From Candidatus Micrarchaeota archaeon (GTDB lineage: Archaea > Micrarchaeota > Micrarchaeia > Burarchaeales > JACRGF01), in assembly GCA_016212395.1 (NCBI GenBank), contig JACRGF010000009.1, forward strand, positions 28,132 to 92,131: 64,000 nt of DNA, read 5' to 3'. Under the pieces are notes generated by a model, which had not been told where the DNA came from, ran no database searches, and saw nothing but the letters and a program-made list of their open reading frames with translations. Below, in pieces: positions 58,288 to 64,000 of this stretch. Every line of letters begins with the position of its first letter. Within the stretch, counting starts at the first letter, position 1. The translations under genes were made by a program, and so were the position numbers.

Positions 58288-59319
58288 ATGGAAGAATCCG
58301 AGTTGTTTGACGTGCACGAGTCTGTTCCAGGCTTTAAGGTGAGCTTGAGCCGCGTTGGAGTCACAGGCATAAGCAAGCGCGTCATCCAGGAAAGCGAGTC
58401 AGGCGAACGCACTGTACTCCACGCGGTGTTCGACGCGTTCGTGGACTTGGATTCTGAACGCAAAGGCAGCCACTTGAGCAGGCACAACGAAGTAATCAAC
58501 GAGGCTATAGAACGCGCGATAGACTTGAAGGCAGACGACACTGAAATACTGTGCTCTATCGCAGTGCGCGGATTGCTTGAAAAACACGAGCACGCTTCAC
58601 GCGCTGAAGTGCGTATGACTGCCCAGCACGTGAAAGTAAAATCCACTCCATCCACGAACACTCCAGTGCAAGAAAATTACGTTCTTCTCGCAAGCGCAGT
58701 CGCTTCCCGTGATTCAAGCGGAAGAATTTCAGTCCGCAAGTCAATAGGCGCGCAGGCTCACGGCATTACAGTCTGCCCGTGCAGCATGGAACTCTCCCGC
58801 GAGTACGCCAGAAAAAAACTGTCGAAGCAAGGCTTCACTGAAAAACAGGCAGACTCTATTCTCGAAATCGTCCCGCTTGCCGCGCACAACCAGCGTTCGC
58901 TTGGAATGCTTGCAATTGAAACAAGCGAAGGCGAGCGCGTTGACGCGGACGACTTGATTGACGTTGTTGAAGAAAGCATGAGCTCGAGCGTGTACGAAAT
59001 TTTAAAGCGCCCTGACGAACAAAAAATCGTTTTAGACGCGCACGCCAACCCCGTCTTCGTCGAAGACTGCGTGCGCAGGATGCTCGAGCGCGTCCTGAAA
59101 AAATTCGATTACCTGCCGGACGACTCCATCATCACCGCGCGCCAGACGAATTTCGAAAGCGTGCACTCGCACAACGCGTTCGCAGAAAAAACGATCACGC
59201 TCGGAGAACTCCGCAACGAAGCAGACAAAAACGAGCTTTCACTAGAATACGCTGAGTCGCGGAAAGAAAAGCATTCGAGCGACGTTGGCTTGGACGACTT
59301 GATTGACGGAATAAGATAA
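58288..59319 (+). CDS. mptA: GTP cyclohydrolase MptA (FolE2 family)
   Basis: LSRVGVTG, KGSHLSR, GITVCPCS, HNQRS, LKRPDE, NPVFVEDCVR, ESVHSHNA; ATG 58288. Confidence 0.93.
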   Translation: MEESELFDVHESVPGFKVSLSRVGVTGISKRVIQESESGERTVLHAVFDAFVDLDSERKGSHLSRHNEVINEAIERAIDLKADDTEILCSIAVRGLLEKHEHASRAEVRMTAQHVKVKSTPSTNTPVQENYVLLASAVASRDSSGRISVRKSIGAQAHGITVCPCSMELSREYARKKLSKQGFTEKQADSILEIVPLAAHNQRSLGMLAIETSEGERVDADDLIDVVEESMSSSVYEILKRPDEQKIVLDAHANPVFVEDCVRRMLERVLKKFDYLPDDSIITARQTNFESVHSHNAFAEKTITLGELRNEADKNELSLEYAESRKEKHSSDVGLDDLIDGIR

Positions 59320-59323
59320 CACT

Positions 59324-59500
59324 GTTTTGTTTGGATGGTTTTGGGGTTTAGAAGTTTCGGAGTTTTGTTTTGAGTTGTTTTGATTGGTTTTGCGGTTGTT
59401 TTGAATTGTTTTGATGCAGTGGTTTTGGTTGGTTTGTTTACGGGTTTTGAGTTTTGGAGTTTTGAAGTTTCGGGTTTTTGTTCGGGGTGTTGTTTTGAAG
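59324..59500 (+). repeat. Degenerate GTTTTGNN tandem array between mptA and the PTPS gene
   Basis: About 20 GTTT(T)G units; 59451-59470 gttttggagttttgaagttt is identical to 40155-40174. Confidence 0.8.
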
Positions 59501-59944
59501 TCATGCGTGCGTGGAAAAGGATTTTCTTCAGCCCACTTTGTAGTCCTAAGTGGAAAATGCGAGAGGCTTCACGGCCACAACTATGCAGTAGAATGCGAAA
59601 TCGAAGGAAAACAGGATGCTGAAGGAGTAGTGTTCGACTTCATCGAACTAAAGAAGCAGCTCAACAAAACCACCGAGCAGCTCGACCACAAAATCCTGCT
59701 GCCTGCAAACTCCAGCGACATTAAAACAACGAAAACAAAAACAGGAAAACAGCAGTCAGTGGAAGCGCGCGTAAACGAAAAGTTTTACTCGTTCCCACTC
59801 GAAGACGTATTCTTTCTCCCAGCAAAAACAGTGACTGCTGAAGAGTTGGCTAAGTTCATCCACTCCAAAACCCGCATGCCATCAGGAAAAACATTGCTCG
59901 TGCGAGTTTTCGAAACAAAAACAAGCTGGGCTGAATACCCTTAG
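59495..59944 (+). CDS. 6-pyruvoyltetrahydropterin synthase/QueD family (COG0720), CExxHGH type
   Basis: FSSAHF, CERLHGHNY, DFIELK, LDHK, TAEELA, RVFET; TTG start inferred. Confidence 0.88.
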   Translation: MKSCVRGKGFSSAHFVVLSGKCERLHGHNYAVECEIEGKQDAEGVVFDFIELKKQLNKTTEQLDHKILLPANSSDIKTTKTKTGKQQSVEARVNEKFYSFPLEDVFFLPAKTVTAEELAKFIHSKTRMPSGKTLLVRVFETKTSWAEYP

Positions 59945-59989
59945 CGCAGTTTACAGTTTTGAGTTTTCAGTTTTGCGTTTTTTGTTCAT

Positions 59990-60313
59990 TCATTCTCTTA
60001 TCCTGTAAATTTGCAAGTGCGGAATTCCTTGGATTGTTTTAACGTTTTCTTGTCCTGCAATTATTTTTGCTTTCACTGCAGTTGCGACAGATTTTTTTCC
60101 AACTAGATTAGCGCTCGTGCAGTTTTTCAATTCCTTTTCCGCCCTGCTTGCATTCACTTTCTCTCCTTCATAAAACGAGCGGAAACTCTGCAAGTCCAGA
60201 GTTGCTTCTCCTTCGCGCAGTATTTTTCCAAGCAGTTCCGCATCGCACAACGCAAGCACTCTTTCTTTCTTGCTTTCGTGAATTTTGCAATACAACGTCA
60301 ACCCCTCCTGCAT
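59990..60313 (-). CDS. DUF424 family protein
   Basis: VLALCDAELLGK, FYEGE, ANLVGKKSV, IQGIPHLQ. Confidence 0.88.
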   Translation of the reverse strand: MQEGLTLYCKIHESKKERVLALCDAELLGKILREGEATLDLQSFRSFYEGEKVNASRAEKELKNCTSANLVGKKSVATAVKAKIIAGQENVKTIQGIPHLQIYRIRE

Positions 60314-60474
60314 TCTTTTATTGAAATTGCAATGGTTATAAGTTTATAGTAAATCGCATATATTTTTGAATTTACAACGTGCGATTTACTGCTAGCAAAT
60401 AAGCACGAAATGTTCGGGTATCTGGCTTATTTGCTATTATTTCAACACCAATTTTCTTGAAAGGAAGTGCCTCC

Positions 60475-62391
60475 ATGAGTTTGTTCCGCAAGCTTTCTTT
60501 GCTGCTCGTTGCAAGCTTCATCGCATACGTTTTTTTACTGTCAAGCATGCCTCTTGCTTTCTTCGAACAACAACCATCCACGGAAATCTATCTTCTCCCC
60601 TCAAGCAACAACACTGCAAACGTTTACTCCTCTGCTTTACTCTCGTGCGTTTTCTGCGGCACTCCAGTTTCGCTCTCGAAAGGAACAAACGCGCTTGACG
60701 CTTTCTCATGCAGCGAACAAGCAATCCTTTCTTGCGGAAGCCTTTCCCTCAACTTTTCACTCTCTTCAGCAAGCAAATCCATTCTCTCCAATCCTCCAGC
60801 GCCTGTTACTCCAAGGCAATACGATTTTTCGTTTTTGGCAGTGCTCATACTCGCGCTTTCAATCGCGTTTTTGCTCTTCAACTCTAATTCAATGAGCGAG
60901 TTATTCCTTTCATTTCTCGGCGCTGTTTCAGCTTCTTTCATAGCATTTTTTCACGCTCACTCGCTTGGAGTTGGCTTCATAGTTCCAATCATCCTCATTT
61001 GCCTCTTGCTCTATCTCCTTAATGCGAGAAAAAAACATTCAATTCCAAAGCCGAAACAGACGCATGATTTTGTTCTTCTCGGAGTTTCGCTGAGCGTCTT
61101 CCTTGTTTTGTACGTTCTCGCGCTCAATTTTTTCGTGAGCGACGCGAACATTTGGGGCTCTTATTACTACCGGCACGTTGAAGAAACGCTTTCAAAAGGC
61201 ACGACGCTCTACTACGACAGTTTAAGCTATTTGGGCAGGCAGTTCACTTACCCTCCAGCGTTTTTCGAGTGGGCTGCTTCCTTCAGCGAGTTGTTCGGCT
61301 CGCAAACTTTCGAGCAGTTAAGGCTTCCTCTGCACGCGCTCGCTGTCTTCTGGTGGGGCATTTCAACTTGGCTGTTGTTCAAAAAATTCAACGCGCGCTC
61401 CCGCGTTATCGCGTGGTTTGTGATGCTCGCCACTACTTTCGTGTTGACTACTCTCACTGGCGTTACGCTTCACGTTCTCGCTTACGCTTTGTTCAACACT
61501 GCACTCGTATTCTTCGAGTCAAGCTTTGTTTTCTCAATCGCGTTATTCACTCTATCTTTTGCAACTCACCCGTCAGTGCTCGCGTTGCTTCCTTTCTATT
61601 TGTATGCTTCAAACAAGCTTGAAGTAAAGCGCGAGTGGGTGTTGAAAGGAATCGCGCTCGCGATTGCCGGCGTGCTTCTCTCCCTTCTCTTCTATGCTCC
61701 AATATTTTCCCGCGCAGGCTTGCCTTACGAAATAGTTCCTTCCCAGTGGGGCTACCTGCTCAACTACGGCTTGCAGGGCTTTGCGAGCGAGTGGGGCTTG
61801 CTCCTCCCGCTTGCAGCGCTCGCGTTCGCACTCGCGTGGAGAAAGCCTGTCGCGTGGCTCGTGCTCTTCCTCTCGCTCGCCAACATTTTCATTAGCTTCA
61901 GGGCAAACCTGCTGCTTGGAGTAATCCTCGCTGCGTTCATTCCCCTTGTTTTTTCAAGCGAGCTGAAGCACAAGCGCTTCCTCGCGTTGCTGTTGCTATT
62001 CCCGCTTGCCAACATGCTATTGTTCCCAGCAGTATTTCCTGGAGGAAAAGACTGGTGCACGTGGAGCACTGCGCTCCCAGTCTGCATCTCTCCGTTCAAG
62101 TACGTTGAACGCTACACTTCAAGCGACTCTATAGTTGTAACAAACCCGTTGTTCGGCCACAACGAAGCCTATTACGGAAAGCGCAGAGTTCTCGCAGACT
62201 TGTACGTTGAATACGCGGACGAAGCAAAGTACGCTGCAGAAGCAGAAGCATACTGGAACGCCAACTTCACCAAATCCGAACAATACAACGTGAGCGTGTG
62301 GGTGATGGACAACATGTACGGAAAAAACCGTTCAGCTCCAGGAGATAAAGTGTACGACAACAGCGCGTTCAGCGTGTTCGTAAAAAAATAA
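60475..62391 (+). CDS. Multi-pass membrane protein, probable GT-C (STT3-like) glycosyltransferase
   Basis: YYYRHVE...G....YD.LSY.GR.FTYPP resembles the STT3 first loop; the C-terminal soluble domain parallels the AglB WWDYG region. Confidence 0.55.
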   Translation: MSLFRKLSLLLVASFIAYVFLLSSMPLAFFEQQPSTEIYLLPSSNNTANVYSSALLSCVFCGTPVSLSKGTNALDAFSCSEQAILSCGSLSLNFSLSSASKSILSNPPAPVTPRQYDFSFLAVLILALSIAFLLFNSNSMSELFLSFLGAVSASFIAFFHAHSLGVGFIVPIILICLLLYLLNARKKHSIPKPKQTHDFVLLGVSLSVFLVLYVLALNFFVSDANIWGSYYYRHVEETLSKGTTLYYDSLSYLGRQFTYPPAFFEWAASFSELFGSQTFEQLRLPLHALAVFWWGISTWLLFKKFNARSRVIAWFVMLATTFVLTTLTGVTLHVLAYALFNTALVFFESSFVFSIALFTLSFATHPSVLALLPFYLYASNKLEVKREWVLKGIALAIAGVLLSLLFYAPIFSRAGLPYEIVPSQWGYLLNYGLQGFASEWGLLLPLAALAFALAWRKPVAWLVLFLSLANIFISFRANLLLGVILAAFIPLVFSSELKHKRFLALLLLFPLANMLLFPAVFPGGKDWCTWSTALPVCISPFKYVERYTSSDSIVVTNPLFGHNEAYYGKRRVLADLYVEYADEAKYAAEAEAYWNANFTKSEQYNVSVWVMDNMYGKNRSAPGDKVYDNSAFSVFVKK

Positions 62392-62486
62392 ACCAAACAA
62401 CAGTAACAGAAGAATATGCAAATATTTTTTTTTCTTTTTTCTCGCGTATTATTTTTTGCCTATTGTTTTCGCTTCTTCTTTTCCTT

Positions 62487-63998
62487 TCACCCGCACTTGT
62501 AGGTGAACACGAAACTCGTCGAGAACAATACTCCGTACCACGTGAGCCAGAATGCTGCTGCAATGTCTGCTTTCGCGAACGCGAGCACTCCAACGCACAA
62601 GAATAACGCTGCAAAGCTTGTTTCAACAACGCTCACGCGCAGCGCTTCAAGCACTCCGTACTTTCTTCCAGCTTGTTTCTTCAGCACTTTAAAGCTCGCA
62701 TGCTCGTGCAGCAACGCCGAAACCGCAGCACGCGCCCTCACGAACGCAATGCCGAAATTCATGAAGTAAATGATAAACCCGTGCTTGAACGAGTTGAAGT
62801 ACACTTTGCTTATAATGAGCGCTGAAAGAAAAGTCGCGAGAATAGACACTATCGTGGCGGTTTCCACTTGCACTTTCAAAGAAAGCTGGGGCGCGAGCGC
62901 GTTCGCAAGTGCCTGCGTAGCGATCCTGTACTCGCTGAACGTTATAAACAAAGTAATCAACCCGAACAAAATAAGTATTACCGAGAGGTAGTGAAGCCCG
63001 AAAATGTGCGCTATATAATGAACGTGCTTCTTGAGCGGAATGCCTGCAAGCATTTGAACGTACTGGTAAAACAATTTCGTGTTGCCGAAGTTATACCTCC
63101 ACTGCTGCGCTCCGAAAGCAGTAAAGCTTTCAATAGGCTTTCCAAGCGCGTACACTTTCGGAACGTACACTCCATTATACCCCGAAGCGTCAGCCAACAG
63201 CGAGTACGCAACGTCTTCAGTAACCGACGCAGGAAACCCTCCGAGTTTCCTGAGCACAGACGCGCGCAGCACTCCACAGCTCCCGCAGAACATTGAAAAC
63301 CCCGCGGCGCTCCTCACAGGCTGGACGAAGTTGAAGAAAAACGAGTAAGAAACGTCTATAGCGTTCGCAAACCCAGAGCCTTCAGCAAACTTTTTAATCG
63401 TTTGAACGTAAGCCAATTTTTCATCCTCGCCGAAATACCCGAGCGTTTCCTTGAGGAACGACGCGTCCACCAACTGCTCGTCAGCGTCGAAAACAGCGAG
63501 AAACTCTTCCTTCATGCCATTCACAAACTCGTTCAACGCGCCTCCCTTGAAGTCCTTGCGGTTCTCGCGGTGAACGTAATCCCACCCGTTGCTCCTGCAG
63601 TAAGCAGACAATTCCCTTACTACTTCCTTGTCCGTCGAGTCATCCACCAAGTAAAACCCGAGCTTGTCCTTCGGGTAATCCATTCCCTTCAAGCTTTCAA
63701 GCGTCTTCTTCACCATTTCAGGCTCTTCATTAAAACTCGCGACAGCAAGCGCAACGCTTGGAAAACTCTTCAATTCAGACGGCTTCACCTTCAAGTTGTA
63801 CGCCTTCAAAAAATAGTAAGCGCCCAGAGTGTTAAAATAAAGCGACACGAGCGTTAACAGCACGAGGCTGGCTGCAAGCAGTTGAGTAACAAGCGACGGG
63901 CTCTGGAAAAACACGAGCACTGTAAACCCTAGCGCTACGAGAGACAAGAACAATATCGCGAAAAACGTGGCATGCCTTTTCAGCAAATCTTTTTCCAT
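62487..63998 (-). CDS. Cellulose synthase-like processive GT2 glycosyltransferase
   Basis: VDDS, FKGGALN, FDAD, TED, QQWRY (QxxRW variant); TM helices on both sides. Confidence 0.85.
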   Translation of the reverse strand: MEKDLLKRHATFFAILFLSLVALGFTVLVFFQSPSLVTQLLAASLVLLTLVSLYFNTLGAYYFLKAYNLKVKPSELKSFPSVALAVASFNEEPEMVKKTLESLKGMDYPKDKLGFYLVDDSTDKEVVRELSAYCRSNGWDYVHRENRKDFKGGALNEFVNGMKEEFLAVFDADEQLVDASFLKETLGYFGEDEKLAYVQTIKKFAEGSGFANAIDVSYSFFFNFVQPVRSAAGFSMFCGSCGVLRASVLRKLGGFPASVTEDVAYSLLADASGYNGVYVPKVYALGKPIESFTAFGAQQWRYNFGNTKLFYQYVQMLAGIPLKKHVHYIAHIFGLHYLSVILILFGLITLFITFSEYRIATQALANALAPQLSLKVQVETATIVSILATFLSALIISKVYFNSFKHGFIIYFMNFGIAFVRARAAVSALLHEHASFKVLKKQAGRKYGVLEALRVSVVETSFAALFLCVGVLAFAKADIAAAFWLTWYGVLFSTSFVFTYKCG

Positions 63999-64000
63999 AA

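Noticed and set aside
1..64000. tRNA, rRNA, IS elements or prophage
   Set aside because: No cloverleaf or T-arm signature, transposase, integrase or viral gene was recognised by eye; small ncRNAs cannot be excluded without a covariance search.

Overview
Archaeal chromosomal window, shown by an archaeal histone, AglB, LonB, Csl4 and RpoL. The gene repertoire and style suggest a DPANN/Micrarchaeota-like organism (inference). Layout: a surface-glycosylation cluster around aglB (1-16.5 kb); housekeeping genes (trpBA, ychF, trxB, truD, topA, prs, hxlB, lonB, csl4, rpoL, pyrG, histone); a small low-GC defence islet (AbiEii remnant, DNA methylase, MjaI-family endonuclease); a methanopterin-like pterin cofactor cluster (47.4-59.9 kb) interleaved with inositol-lipid genes; and two more glycosyltransferases. 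Best finding: uppS is split inside its catalytic D-G-N-R-R-W motif by a 36-nt, stop-containing insertion that folds into a relaxed bulge-helix-bulge. The standard cut positions restore the motif exactly, so this is a probable tRNA-type intron in a protein-coding gene other than cbf5. Other notable items: a 4Fe-4S domain fused to a pilus ATPase, dispersed GTTTTGNN tandem arrays, a gene-polarised T/G-to-A/C composition gradient, a Z-DNA-like tract before topA, and strong GATC avoidance. No tRNA, rRNA, CRISPR array or transposase was recognised. All assignments come from motif recognition by eye, without database searches.
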